Positions 28,801 to 43,800 of a stretch of DNA of 64,000 bases are shown piece after piece. Each line of letters begins with the position of its first letter. Position 1 is the first letter of the stretch. This stretch comes from Lingula anatina (lineage: Eukaryota > Animalia > Brachiopoda): positions 62,536,788-62,600,787 of the forward strand of contig CM120640.1 in the NCBI GenBank assembly GCA_051362555.1, in the 5' to 3' direction. Under the pieces are notes generated by a model. It worked only from the letters and a program-made list of their open reading frames with translations, did not search any database and was not told the DNA's origin. A program made the translations under genes and the position numbers.

Positions 28801-31800
28801 CTTTCAATATTCTAAAGAATATTTCCCTTATTTAAATCTAAATATATTTAAATCTTATTTAAATACCTTAAATACTCCCGCACAAAAATGCAGTGGTATC
28901 GAAGTAGCAAAGCATTAACGCAGTAGTGGTGTGGAGCATATTTGCAGTAGAAATGCAGTATAGCCTACTGCAATTCTACTCCAAAAAATACATAGGTTTG
29001 TACAGAAAGGAGCATTAATGCAGTAGATTAGCAGCATGATAGAAGCATGTTTCAAATATGCTAATTAGCTCCCAATGCGAAGCAGATTTGAGGCATATTT
29101 GCAGTATGATTGCAGTAGTCTACTGCGCTGGAGCATCTACTGCGTTTTCGTGCGGGCAGTACTTGTGGCAGACTAAAAATTACAGTGAAATTTACATTTT
29201 GTCATGAAAAAAGCCAAGAATATAACCACAAAATATATTCAAATGTCACTGCATTAATCCTTAGAACATGGCATTTAAACCACTCACAGTAATCATGGCC
29301 TCCAGTCTTAGCCGATGCATTGGCATCATGGCCTCATCTAGGGTGCGCCACTGGTTCCGGACTAACATGGCTGGCAGCTTACTGGTGGCTCCCTGGAACT
29401 TCTTGGAGATATTGTTCAGGGATTTCCTGTCATATTTAATCTCCTGTACGCCCTGCTCACACTCCCTGGTCCAGTAATACAACAGGCCAATTCTGCAAAC
29501 TTGGGCTGGGTACTGGAAGAGAATAGTTTAACTTTACCTAAGTACATTCAATAATCTGTAACTATTTAGCCACAGTTTTATTCTTAAATGACCCAAAATG
29601 AGGAAGGCAAATAAAAAAACAAGAGAAAAAGAGAGACAGAGAGAGGTCTTACCCTGAATGCCCACTCGTCCATGGTGACATTAGCATTGACCTCCTGGCA
29701 CACAGACACAGACATCTCATGGAGTGTGATCCCTACAGATTCCCTCAACTGCTGCAACCACATCTCTACTCCATCAGACAGGGAAATCTGTAGAGTAAAC
29801 AATGGAAAACTCTTATACAGCTCACTTATTAAACAGATCAGCTACTGTACTTTTGAAAAAAAATTTTTTAATATATTTCTACAACGATCAGTGGATGTAA
29901 ATGACAAATAATTAAATATTATCAATCTTGAAAAAGGAAAATGCTGAAATAAATGTGGTGCTTGAAATATGCAGAGAGTATTGGGTTAACTGTATTGCAC
30001 TGCATTTAATACAAATGTATTTAGTATATACATTTACAATAGTAAGGACATAAAAAAACGTACTGTTTCATTGAGATTCAGCATCTCTCCCTCCAAACTG
30101 GTGACAGCCACTGCCTCCTGTACTACAGTCTCCTCTACTGCAACCTGCTCAGAGGGCAGCACTGTGGCAGTATGGGCCATCAGGCTGGGGTGGATGTTCT
30201 ATGGAAATTGATTTCAAATGTGTGATTTACCCAAGAAAATATTCTTATTTCAGATTTGTATGTAAGTGATGCTTATTAAAATGATTATATTTTTGTGAGT
30301 TTTATACTGCAAGCCAACAACACATGTACATATGACAATAAAATATGTTCAAATTCAATGCATGCAAATTCAAATTTCAATATTTTTTTCTTTTTCTTTT
30401 TTCTTCAATCTCTTTTGTTAAGTGACATGCAACCAAACTAGCTGCACTATTAGACCATACAAAACATAAATCATGTTCTGAACACTAAGAAAATACAATA
30501 TCTAGCATGCAAAAGTATATAGATTTTTCACAAAGCTCGCTAAAGGTAAGCCATGCAGATTTACATATCATCTATTGTCTCCATTGCTCACTACATCACA
30601 TAGTAAGTGATGAATAAAGCTTACAATTGACAAATAATTACTGCAATGTATACTGTGTTAACATATTAATTTCTATTCTTTAGATACCATTAAGGAAGTG
30701 ACATAAACTAACAGTTTAAAAGTTCTATTTCACAGATATACTAATATGTAACTTATACACTTCTAATAAAATGAACAAAAACAAAAAAATGTCATTATTC
30801 ATACATTGAAAATCACAATATTCATCTAGGTAAACAATATTCAAATTTCAATTTTCAAAAAGATTGACCTTTCAATGCTTTTCTCTGTAAGTATGTTTCA
30901 ACCAACTTTGTTTTCAAAACTTTAGTATAAACTTTGTTTAAACAAAGGCAATAATTTTTGTTCACAGAAACTACATCTAATCAGAGAAAAACATAAAAAT
31001 GTCTGGATTGCTGTGTGTATCAATAGCTGAAGCAATGTGAAGTGGAGAGGCTATTAGTATGGGGCAGGTCACTCAGTGCACTACTTACTGACTGGCGCTT
31101 TTTGTTTTTAAACTTGCGATCATTTCGAAGAGCTGGGGAGGCCTCAGTACCCTTCTCGTCTTTGTCCTGTGGTGCGTTATGGGACAAATGTGATACTTGT
31201 GACTATTGTTAGTTGTCACGTGACAATGTCAATATCAAATTGAAATGCTAATATGTCTACTATGTCTATGTTGTTCTCTACGTCATCTCGAACAGATCAG
31301 TAAGAGGATTTTATCTATGGCTTAGAAGACTTTATCTATGGCTTTAACTAAATCCTAGGTTTAAAAACCTAATATGAGAATGAATGGTGTTATTCCACTC
31401 AAAAGTTTTTCTTGTTAAAGAATTTTAGATAAAAAGTGAGGTTTTCAAATGAATTAGTTCAAATCAAATTTGTTTTAGATTTATGTATCCTATTAAGATT
31501 TCAACACAAGAGCAAGAAAATAATTTGGAAAAGCAATATGCTACACAACAGAGTCACAATATTCAATAAAGTGTCAGTTTTTAAAATGAATTAGTTCAAA
31601 TCAAATTTGTTTTATGTTTGTGTACTATATTAAGATTTCACCACAAAAGAAGGAAATGATTTGGATAAGGTATATGCTACACAAAAGAGTCACAAAATTT
31701 AAGAACATTAAACAATTTTAGTCTGATTCTATTAATTTTTAAAAAGCTTATTTCAACACTAAGAAGGATATTGAGATATCATATTTTACTAACTATATCA

Positions 31801-34800
31801 AGGCATTTAAAAATGACACACTGCAAAAACTGCACTAACAAGTTGAAGGGATTGCAGTGAAAATGACAAAGGGAAATTGTCTAACAAAGTAGAAAGCACA
31901 AGGAAATGTGGTTAGTTATTTTGCAATAGGGCATATTTAAAAGCAACATCTAGCTGAAGTTTAGAAAGTTTCATATATACAGACAAAATAGTAATATCAA
32001 ATATGAATAAAAAGTTGCAATCAAAATACAAATCTTAATTAGTTACTACACAATTCAACTTGTAACATGTGCAACGAAGTGTACTAGTGAATTTCAATGT
32101 GAAAAAAATGAACAATTAAAATAACTATAACATTAAATGCACACAAATTACTTGTGATAAACAAACAAATCAAAAGTGCAACATTTTTATTTAAATTCTA
32201 TTTTAAATAGTGTTCTACAAATCTCTTATAAATGCTGATATTACAACTCCAGGGAAAAATATACACAAAACCTGCAAGTCACCAACCAATTTCTTCAGCT
32301 ATCTAAGACAATGCATTTGATATCAATTTAAATCCACAAACTGTATTTTTTTCAGATTGCCTTAGTAATTTTATGCACCAAAAAAAGATAACTTTTAGTC
32401 ACAAAATCATGTATCAGCTGGTTCAAGGCAGTTTGCAGGTTCTATGCACTTTTCAAAAGTACCAATATTGTGCCAAAAACAGAGATCTGTCATGGCACAA
32501 TACTTACATGGATCTGGGTGAGCCTTTTGTCTATCTTAGCTGGAGTCTGCAGTATACGAGGAGATATGGAGGTAGCTCTGGACCCCTCACCAGGTACAGG
32601 GGTACGACTACGCCTTGATGGCGTCTCTGATCTGGCCACGGACTCTGTCTCACTGCTCAGTGGTTCAGTTCTCTCCAATTTCACATCATACACATTGGTG
32701 AAGATGGTTCTGTGAAAGAAAGAAATGATGAATATATTATATTTAGGTTGTGATATTCGATATTAAACAGAAAACTAAACCACTGCTGTTACTAAAAATC
32801 AAGCCTTCAAATAAAGGAGAAATCTAAAGAATGGTACTAGATTATGTTTCCGGTTTCAATTTCTGTCAACATGACAAATTTCCTTTTCATCTAACCATCA
32901 TAATGTCTAACCAGAAAACGCTACTTAAATGTTCTCTTTAACATGCTGAATACAGAAAAGTGATATCATAACTGAGCACAGAGCCTCCATAGCCCACCTC
33001 ACCATACCACCTACCTGAGATGAGGTCTGACGGACTCCAGATCATAAGGTCTGCTCAGCATAGCCAGCAATACTGGGTCTGACACAAAGTAGAACCTGGG
33101 GAAAGCTCTCCTCTTGTTGTCCAGGTAACCCATCAGGGACTTGAAGCAGATCTCCAGTTCTTCAAAGATGTGCCTTAGAACAACCCCCTTTGGGACATCA
33201 CCTCCATAACAGCACTACAAGGAAATGACATAGAATGACATAGAAATCAGCTGACCCAAGGATCCAACACAAGTAAGACAAGTATTTTTAAAAAATTTAC
33301 AAGCATTATAATGGAGAATGTTTTGAAACATATATCATTTTTTACTTTAATTCTGAATGAGAAATCCTGTCAGGTGCAACATGCTTTTCATTCTCTATGT
33401 TTACTGACATTCATAATAACTAAACATACCTGTAGGACATTTCTTGTGTCGTAGGCACGCTTCATCATTTTTACCCATCCTTTGTCAATTCTACTAAAAC
33501 GTTTAGCCTCTTGAGGGAGTTCCTAATAATATGACAAGCATAAATTAAATACAACTTTTTTCATATAATGCAAATGATTTCTGAAACTGTAAACAATTCC
33601 CTAAACTTTTTATATCCACATATTTCATAATATCATAAAAATTCATAAACAAGAAGTATTATCACATATAAGACAGATTAACAAAATGTAGCTAGCAATA
33701 AAAATATCTCCAATAAAATAAGTATCATATAAAATGATATACAAAGTCACATGTACCTTGGCTGTGGTAGCATTACTGAACACCTCCTCCAGGTACTGCC
33801 ACAGATCCTGCACCTCCAGCCAGGTCTCCAGTACTAGCCCCACCTCCTTCAGCTTCTCTGCCCAGCTAGCTGCCTCCTCCCTCAGTGGACCTATATACTT
33901 AGAGGTCAGCATATTGGCCAGCAGGGCCTGGGCGTCCTCCAGCTGCTCCAGCAGGTGCTCAGTCACTGTCTTGTCCAGAAAGATGGGCCCTGCCTTTTTG
34001 TAGTTCTCAAAGGTAAGGACTTGTTCTGTCCACTCTTCTTCAGTGATACGCATCTTGATTTCTAGTTCTTGTTCTTTGCTGGCACAGTAGCAGATTTCTT
34101 CAATTTCTGATTTGTGTCTGAAAAAGTTTAAATTCAAAAATTTGAATTGGTTTTCCACCATAAGTTATTGCCCATTACAAATTGTAATCAAACCAACACA
34201 TTTTATCCTGGGAAAAATACAGGAATTTTTATCAAAATTGCCAAGATGAAAGAATGTTTAATCTCCTTGTCTTTAAAATTTGTCAGATATCTCACTTGAT
34301 CAGTCCTATGTCAAGGAGGTGGCAGAGTTTGAATACATTGGCCTCCAGTTGGAAGGAACTTCCTGTCACTGACATCACCTGCAGCCAATGTCTGTTACGA
34401 ATTTCCTGGAAAATTTTTTTTTTCACTTTTATGGCATTGCTTGAAATATAAATTTTTAATTATCTTGATGTAACTACTGGTAACAAAATCAGTGTGTGTA
34501 TTATGTGTGTGTGTGGGGGTGGGGGGTGGGGGGGAACTTAATTGCATCATATTTTATAATGATATGAGGGGTCTTTATCAATCTTTTTATTAACCAATAT
34601 AGTTGTCCACATATTGTATACTCTTTTACCTCTCATTGAAACCAATCATACCTTTGAAGCCAGTCTATGCAGTAAGGGGAATACATCTAAATACTGCTGA
34701 ATGGAATTCTTCATGTCATTGTAAGCATCCCAGTCCTTGAGTTTACTGGGCAAGGCAAGACATTCATCCCAGTAGGACTCCACCTGGAAATCCAATTTCA

Positions 34801-37800
34801 TGAAGAATTAATAAAGAAAACACATATATTTTGTTAAACACATTAAAAGATGAAGGAAGAAAATGTTTTGTTTTTGGAAGAAAAACAGGAAATTATGGAC
34901 AAAAAACTAACAACTAACAAATATAAATATTGCCTTACATACATTTACATCAAATGAAACATTTCCATACCTCTCTGTTGTCATTTTCCAGAATCACCTC
35001 TGCCCACAGCGTGTCTCTGAAGATATTGTCAAACCGTATGAACTTCTGGAACAGTCCATACAACTGACCTAGAAGATCAAGTTCCTGGGAAAAAAAAGGA
35101 AAGAAAAGGTGAGGCACAAGGTAGTTGACAACAAGCCACACTTACAGTATGAGATTTAGCTATCCAATTGTATTGAAGTAACTGAAATTTTACTTCTAAT
35201 GTGCTATATATCAATATCTCTTCAGTCTATTAATGCTCATTTAAAGATATGAATAGACTGATTTAAATGTGATCCAAAATGAATGTCTTTGAAAACAAAG
35301 CAAAAAAGAAAACTAATTCATAGATTTTCATCTCTTCTTACCTCTCCAGTTCTGTCCAACTCAGTGAAAGGCTTACACACAATTCCAAAGAGTCTGGAGA
35401 CTGAATCCAGTGTCTTCCTCTTGGCATCATAAAGAGTGTACCTTTGCTGGAAGTCATGCAGACGTTGGACAGCCTCTGCTGGGGGTATACCAGGCACAGC
35501 TGGACCCTGGGCATCAAAGGCATTGCGGAACTGGATCACCTCCACTACAAATGTCTGGAAGATAATAAATAAAAATTAATTGCTGGAGCATGTATAATCA
35601 GCTTGTCAAACTAAATAATATTTAACAGCAAAATAAATTAGTAACTGTTTTATCAGAGTGACTTTACTAAGGCACTAAATAGATTTATCTGACATAAAAA
35701 ATGTTGTTTGCTTTACTACTCTGTTTGCAAGTGCCTAATCTATCAATTTTTACAATTGTATTCATATTCTAGTATTACCTTGACTTGTTTGTCCAGCTCC
35801 TGTTCAAATGCACCTCTCTTTTCTTTCAGCAGATCATGTCGTACTTGCTCTGTAAGTTCTAGAAGCTCTTGCCATTTGTCACGTAGGTGGTCCACTTCCT
35901 CCACCTCATTACGAGGCAGGCGGAGCTCAAACTCCCTACAGATGAATGCAAAACATATGGTTTCTCTTACACATGTCAAGTATTTAACCTACTTTTTATT
36001 TTTTATTTTAATTAGGGACTGAATAACAAAAAAAAAAAAAAAGAGAGAAAAAACAAAATAACTGCTTTTTTATATTTCTCTTATACCGCCTTACTAAATC
36101 AGCGTAAAGCATGAGTACTGTTTCCTGATTACTGAAAAGATACACTTCACAAAGCAATCATCAATAGACTTACCTAAGTTTGGCATACATGGTCTCTATA
36201 GGGAGATAGATGTCATCTACATTGTTCTCCATGTCCCTGACCTCCTCCAGCAAGTGGAGAGTACTGTTCAGTTGGTCCAGTGTCTGGACATTAAGTTCAA
36301 GACGCTGACGTACATTGTACCTATAGAGTACTGCTGCATCTAGCTTTTTCTGAAAAATTAGAAGACAATTAAAGAATTACTTTATACTTGATAACCTACT
36401 AAATAATCCACAAAAATGATCTGAAAAAAGAGGGTAGACATTCAAAATAAAGAAATATCAATGATGGTATTTTAAAAATGCAATCATAAAATTGAAAGCA
36501 TGTCAGTTTTACCTTGGCTTCTTCATGTAATACTGAAGCATATTTGGTCTTCCAAGCCATAGCAAATCCATGGAGAGCATCTTTTATGGGTGCTGTCTGC
36601 AAACATATGGGTCCCACTGGCAACACTTCTGGAATATTGGTCACTTTCCTCTCAATACGCAGCAGTCTCTCTACCTCCCGTTTGATGGCAAAGAGGCCTG
36701 GATCCCCACTGATGAACTCCTGGTAGTTCCCATGCATATCATCTTTCCATAAGAAGTCATATAGACTGAAGTGGAACAGATGTTGCTTCACTATGAGGTC
36801 CAGATCTGAAATTAAAATGCAAATCTTATCAGGGTGTGTTCATATCAATCCAACTAACAGTATCATATACTTCTGCTCATCCTCATAGACTGTCAACTAT
36901 ATCAGTAATCTGCTTTCTCAAAAAGTCAATCTTTTACACTGCTATGCTTATACCAGTACAAAATAATTTGTATAATTTTACACCAAATTTTATAAGAAAA
37001 TTTAGCTAAAAAAAGAGGCATTTTTTTGTCTGTATATATTGCAGAATATCAGCAAAAGAACTATAATTATATGATATACATAATAAATCATATCTCAAAA
37101 GAAAATGCTGAAATTGACAAAAAGATGCTTATGTGGATGAAATCAAAATAACATTACCTTCTACTATGCCCTTGATCTGTTCCAAGATTTCCTGTAGAGT
37201 GCCGTCCTCCATGATAGCTGTGTGGAAGGAAACCCCCACCTGACCACTTGACCAGGAGATACCTAGGACAACATGAAATTTACCATGTATAATCTTGAAC
37301 ATACCTGGGATTAAGTGAACAAAGCACTTGCCTCAAATGATTTTTTTTTAAATCATTTTTTTTTTAATTCTAAAGCATGCTTCATTTTTAAGACTTAGAA
37401 TAGAAAATTTCACTTGGTCAGTTATATTACCTTTAGCCACCTCCAGGACCTCTGCAGCCACTGCAGTGACAGCGGTCTGAATACTGGCCAAGGCTGGGTC
37501 AATGATGATGTTTGGAATGGAAAACTTCACATTCACTTTGAATCTGAAAGTAAAGTTATGAACTTACTTCCACTGTGTGAAATGTCAAGTGTGACTAATT
37601 TACATTCCTTTGGGAAAGCAACCAACAAATTATGTATCATTTTTTCTTAGAATTTGGCCTTATGGATGTAAATATCATGATATTTTATAAATACAAATCT
37701 TAAAATCATGAATATAAATGAACTACATAAAAATAAAAATTTAATAATTCAACTGCAATCAAAATTTTTTTAAAAAAAAATGCTATTTTGCTACTTTTAC

Positions 37801-40800
37801 TTTGTGAATTGCATTCAATAGCAAACAAAACATCAAAAAAGTACATAAAACAGTCACTCTCATTTAAACCTACTTACTGAAGTACCCATAGATAAAGCCA
37901 GATTTTCTCAGTATAGTGTCTATATATATATTTATATATTAATTGTTGTTTAATTACACCATAATATCTATGTGAAAATAGAAAACCAATATTTCCCCTT
38001 TTCAGATTTAAATTTCATATTTCTACATTGCTTTAGATTTCAATAAGTCTTTACTCCTCCAAAAAGAATCATAACTAAGTTCAGTCATCTTGAAAGACTT
38101 CAAAGAAGATTTTTCCACAGGCAATTGATCAAACTGCATGCAAAAGAGTAAACTGCCAAAGTTACAGCAGAGCAAAAAGGTCAAAGTTCAATATTAGGAA
38201 AAAAGTCAATCTGCAACCAGATGGTAACCATTTTTGATTTTAGGATTTTAAGCAACAAGCATTGGTATGTGACTTATATCTTGCAGAGGGGGAAAAAACT
38301 CAAGTCTCTTCTTATTTTCACAGGCAAATTATTTTGTGGAAACAGGTGAATAGCATAATTTTTAAAATGCTGGGATAAACTCAAAAATCCAATCTGATTT
38401 TTTTCAATCAAACAAACTTCTCACAAAAGCATTGTCCAGTATTTATAAGACAGGAGGAGGTGAAAGGGAGGGAGCATACACAAAGTCAAAGCAATAATCG
38501 CTTTATTTATTTATTTTTTTTTTGGAAATGGCATCTCAATTGACCATCAGGTTGCAGATTTGTGACATTTAAGTCACATGAATGCACAGTACACACCCCT
38601 GGCAAATCAACAGCAAGGGCAAGTGTGGTGTATGTATTAAAATACTAAAGAGGCATATAGATAGTCATAATAAAAGATATAATGTGTGTAGTAGAAACAC
38701 AGCACAGAGCGAGAAGACCACTATGGTCCACTTCTGGCCACTACAGTCCACTACTAGTATTATTACCTGAAGTAAGTCACATCATCCTGTAAGTGTCTAT
38801 TGAACAACAGAGGATTAATTGTTTGAAACCAGCAGTTAGACACAATACAAACAGATGAAGTGCACAGTTTTGAATAATATAATAAAAGAGGAGGTACAAA
38901 ATACAAAACATATATACTCATAAACAATTACATTAAAATGGTTAATGGTAAAATAAAAATCACTTTGACAAAGAGTGTTTAAACAAAAAGTAACTACTTT
39001 GTTAGTTAAAATATGGAAGAAAGTCTCCACAAAAAGTATTAATACAAATGAAACAGTTTAGGCAAATAAGCTGTTAGACTTATATGTGGCTAATGTTCAT
39101 GTGCACAATTAAAAATAAACACAATGAAAATTAATAAAGATAAATAATGGTTCCTACAGTCATGCAATAATAATATGGTATAATGTTAATACAAAAAGCT
39201 ATGACAAGAATAAAACACCTTGCATATTCTGAAAGAAGTACCACTTCTTTGTAAATGTATCCCAAAAAGTTTCTGACTAAAACACACTGAAATAGACAGG
39301 CTAATATCACAGATGGGGGCTAAGAAAGAGCTGCAATTGGTACCTCTTGACCATTCTGTGACAAAAGTTTGTCTATTTCTAGTTTATTACTCAATCATGG
39401 CACAAATGAACAAACAGAAGATGCACAGCTTTTCTTATGAACAACATTAACACTTACTGCAGGTAAGTCTGCTCATGAGTTTTCTCAGTTGTCCAGGTCA
39501 TGTTGGACAACATGGACAAGCTACTTCCTGGCCTCCTGTTGCTCATGTTGGATGCTGGTCTGCTAGCAGGCTGAGACTGGGGGTCTGAATTTTCAGACAG
39601 GTTGGACATGGCACTGACAACTCGTATGGTCTCGCTGTCACATCCACATGCCTCAGCAATGGTGACCAGGGACCTCCTGGTGGAATTCAGCACTGCGTCA
39701 TACACTTGGGCGCAGTAGTGATCTGATGGGAAGAACAAAGAAAGATCAAATAATTGTGAAATATTCTCATTCTACATTCAGATACAAAGTTACAGATTGG
39801 GAATATTCTACTTGAGAACTTTAAAAGATTGACTCCTCTAAAATTGTCTCATTATTTTTGGTATATAATGAAGTTGAGTGGGATAGACCTTTAAACTGTC
39901 TTCTTTATACTGGGCACCTATTAACATAAATTTTAATAAAATTATTGTATAAGGGCCAATTTCCTTTTGCTTTATTGGCAATTTTCTTATAACAGGTAAG
40001 CATTAGGATTGATTACTTGATTGTTTAGTAATAGAATCAATAAAAGAGCTATCATTTACTGAGAATATCATTGATCAGTTTTTCCTCCTCTTCTTGTGTC
40101 ATCCCAGGTCCTGGGGTGGTCACTTTTTCTTTGTCCTTGTTGGACTTGAAACCCGCTGGGATGGGGATGTCAGCCTAAAGACAACAGCAAGAACATTGTT
40201 AACTCTCAAATAGTGTTTCAAGGAAGAAACCCTTTACTCAAATCATTACATCTATGTGAGAATATATAAGTTTACCTAAAGTTATCTAAAAAGTAAAGAC
40301 TTGATCCTGACCAGATATCACCACAGTAGAAGGAAAAGTGGTAATTTAAGACTACATTTTACTAACATGAAAGTATTAATTACTCACATAATAATATAAC
40401 AGTTATCAAATAAAACTTCTAATACTATTGCATTATTACAAAACTTTTAACAACGATAACAAAACTAACAAATTAACTTCTTGAGATCTATTTTAATAAA
40501 AACTATCTAACTTTCATAAGCTGCATAGCAATACAGTAAAAATGACAATTTTACTACAGTATTCTAGTGAAAATAAATTACATCTTTGAGTGATATCTAT
40601 TTCCTAATCCATTATAACAATAAACATGCTGATTATGTCCAATGTAAAGCCTTTGCACTTCTTATAGATTTAAAAGGATAAACATTATGTTAAATAATTT
40701 TTTTTTCAGCAAGAGATCTTCTAAGTTTATGGTCTTTCTTCTATAATTTCATATTCTCTAAAAGATAACAGAATAATCAAATTCTATATGGACCTGGTAT

Positions 40801-43800
40801 GCAAAGACTTCGCAAATTCAAATGTACAGCTTATGAATTCTATAACTATTTGCTAAGCTTAAAAAATAACATAAACAACAAAGAATTCATGTGGCAAATC
40901 AAAATCACAGCAACTGCATAGTGCTCCAGGTATCTTAAAAATACATAACAATACTAAGCTAAGATTCACTACACAAAAACATCACTTCACAACCAATATG
41001 ATGTTAACAGGGTGCACAGTCAGTGGACAGTGTGGGTTCAATGTGGGTGCACACAGTGGCAAAACAGGTGTACACAGTGGGTCAAAGTGGATGCTAAAAC
41101 AGTGCAAAAGTTATCAAAATAAGTAACAAATGTCCAAATAACCATTTGCAGGTATTTCCGTTCTCTTTTCTCCTTTTCTTTCTCAGCTTGTTCTTCATCA
41201 ATCTCGATAGTTCTCTTCCATTTGCGCTTCATTGTATTGAGTTTCTTTAGTACATTAAAAGAAGGCAGCTGGAAGTTGAAAATGTTTTAAAATGAAAGCC
41301 TAGTTGTAAATCTTGAAAAGGCACAGCCTCTGAATTTCCCCAAGAGTTGTTCTTCAAGGCAGCAGGAATGAAGCGGTAAGCTTAAATCTGGTAATTCTGA
41401 CCTGTAACATGCTTGCTGCAATAGAAAAAACAGTAGCAAAAAAAAAAAAAAAAGAAAAAAAAATGAAAAATAACAGATTCCTGAAATACTGGTTAGTAAA
41501 AGATTTGTGCATTGCAGATGTAAAGGGGTAATAAGAAAAGTTGTCAGATGTGTATTACTAAGTTTCTGCATCTGTTTTTAATCAATCCACACACTGTAAT
41601 CCAATCACATGCAGGTTCATCATAATGAGGATAAGTTCAGACAAAACAAAATCAAATGATCAATCACATCACTTACCTTTTCTCATACAGTTATTATATT
41701 TTCATTTCAAAATTCAACATCAGGTTTAATAAATGGTAACATTGGCACAATCTTCTGCACACTTTTTGCAACAAGTCTGATACATTTCTGCATGACCAAC
41801 AGTACAAATCAAGGACCTCATACATGGAATATAAAACTCCACATATGGCAAACTGGTTGTCTGTTGATGTCAAATGATGAAGTTAAACCTGTTTCATGTC
41901 TCTAAGTAAGTCCAAACTCCTTAAAAATTTTGCATAAGATTCAAAACAGTGTGTGCCAATGTTGCCTTACACACAATCCACATCAGAAATGCTCAAAAAG
42001 GCAGTAATTTCAGATTCAAACTCAATGGAAAGCATGCATTCAAATCGATTATAAACCTTTGTTAGCTTTTTCCCTTTGTTGGACAATTTCGAAGAAACTT
42101 TTGAGGGAGGCTTTGGAGCCTGGGGTCCATCCTGAAAGTATTAATGAGTGTTTTGTTTTTGAATAGGTGAATTCTTGAAGACTTTTAAAGGCAAACTACA
42201 ATGTGCTTAAAAGGAATTATCAGAGATGAAAGAAAAGCAAATGTGTTAATGCATACTAAGCTGATAGGAAAGATAATGGAAAGATCCTTGTGAAACTTAA
42301 AATGGTCTGAATATCTTTATGTAAGTGTTTGTGCAGAACCTGAAAAAAGGTTTAGTTAATTTTCAGCAGCAAAAATGGGGTACAAATCACATCAATTTTA
42401 ACCACTAAAAGAGTAAAACATGAAGTTTCTTTCAACAAGAACAGGATAGTATATTACTGTATTCTTTTTTTTTTTAGTCCTTAACACCAACAGTAAAGTA
42501 TTTCACAATAAAAAGAAAGTATATGACTACTCCTACCTTTCTATTGGTCAGCATGGTAACAATCTCATGCATGCCCCTCTCAATGGTGCTCACATGGCCA
42601 TACATTTCCCTGGCCTTGTCTTTGACACTTTGCACAATGACTTCTATGAATTCTTGGGGAGGCTAGAAAGAACAATCAAAACTTAGAGAATAGGGAGGAT
42701 CCTCAGCCTTAACTTAGAGTAATTCAAAATTACTGTTTTATCAAACATGTGACTTGCAATTTCATAACCAAAAGACTTGGAACTGAATGGAACTTATTGT
42801 CACCACACTTGAGAAAGATCACATATTTTTACCAATTTAATGTGTATATTATCATACACATAGAATTAAAATGTATATCACCTTCTTTGTTTTTTCTCTT
42901 GGCTCACAAATAATCAGACCAAAGAGCACTGAGACTGAAACCTTTTGTAAAATGCATAATAACTTGGTGACTAAATTTTAACAAGACATTATAAAAATTA
43001 TAAATAAAACTTACCCAAGACTTAGAGAAAGCCAAATCATAGTCAAACAGGAACATGGCATTAACTTTATCAATGGTTGTCTGAACTTTCACATCTACTA
43101 TATTGTTCACACCATCAACCAGTGCTTTCAGCTTGGATGTAGCTGTGTGGATTTGGTGAAGGAAGGCATCTGAAATGCATAAGAAAATATAGTTTAATAT
43201 TCAACTACAAAATAAACAAAGCATACATTTCAAAGGTAGAAAACTGATCATAAATACAACCACTGTCCTAAAAGACATTACCGCTGCAAAAAAAAAAAAA
43301 CAATATTGACAGAAAAATTTGTTAAAAAAAAGAAAAAATTATTCACAAAAATACACATTTTTATGACGCATGACAAAGACACTACAGCAATGTCTGAAAC
43401 AATAAATTTAATATTGTTCATAAGAGAATGAGACATAAAAAGTCTTAATTCCTTCAAAAGAAATCTCTTGCCTATGCATGATACATATTTTAAAAATATA
43501 ACTACCATAGAAAAACCCAATACCTATATTCATGCTGTTCCAAGCCAATGTGGACAACCCTGGTTGGAAATTTAATTGCACTTGTTCAATGTGAGATTTA
43601 AATAAGAGCTTGAGAGACTCAGGGATGGAGTTGCACACACTGTGGAACTCCTGAAGGCACAATTCTAGGTGACTCTTGTAGCTCTTGAAGCGGTCCTCCT
43701 GGTTCAGGACAGATTGAGCAGATTCTGGGATTTCTATGCCCAGCCTGGTTAGCCATTTGGCTTCATGGATAAGTTCCAGCACTCTGAAAAAGTGTTAACA

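Noticed and set aside
34515-34534. Intronic G-run able to form a G-quadruplex
   Set aside because: Simple low-complexity tract with no other evidence of function.
38767-38786. 20-nt AG/GT-bounded segment that would add a stop (poison exon)
   Set aside because: Weak acceptor; such matches are expected by chance.
41287-41790. Strong poly-T acceptor near 41416 and gtaagt donor near 41676 on the minus strand
   Set aside because: Neither pairs into a frame-preserving exon.
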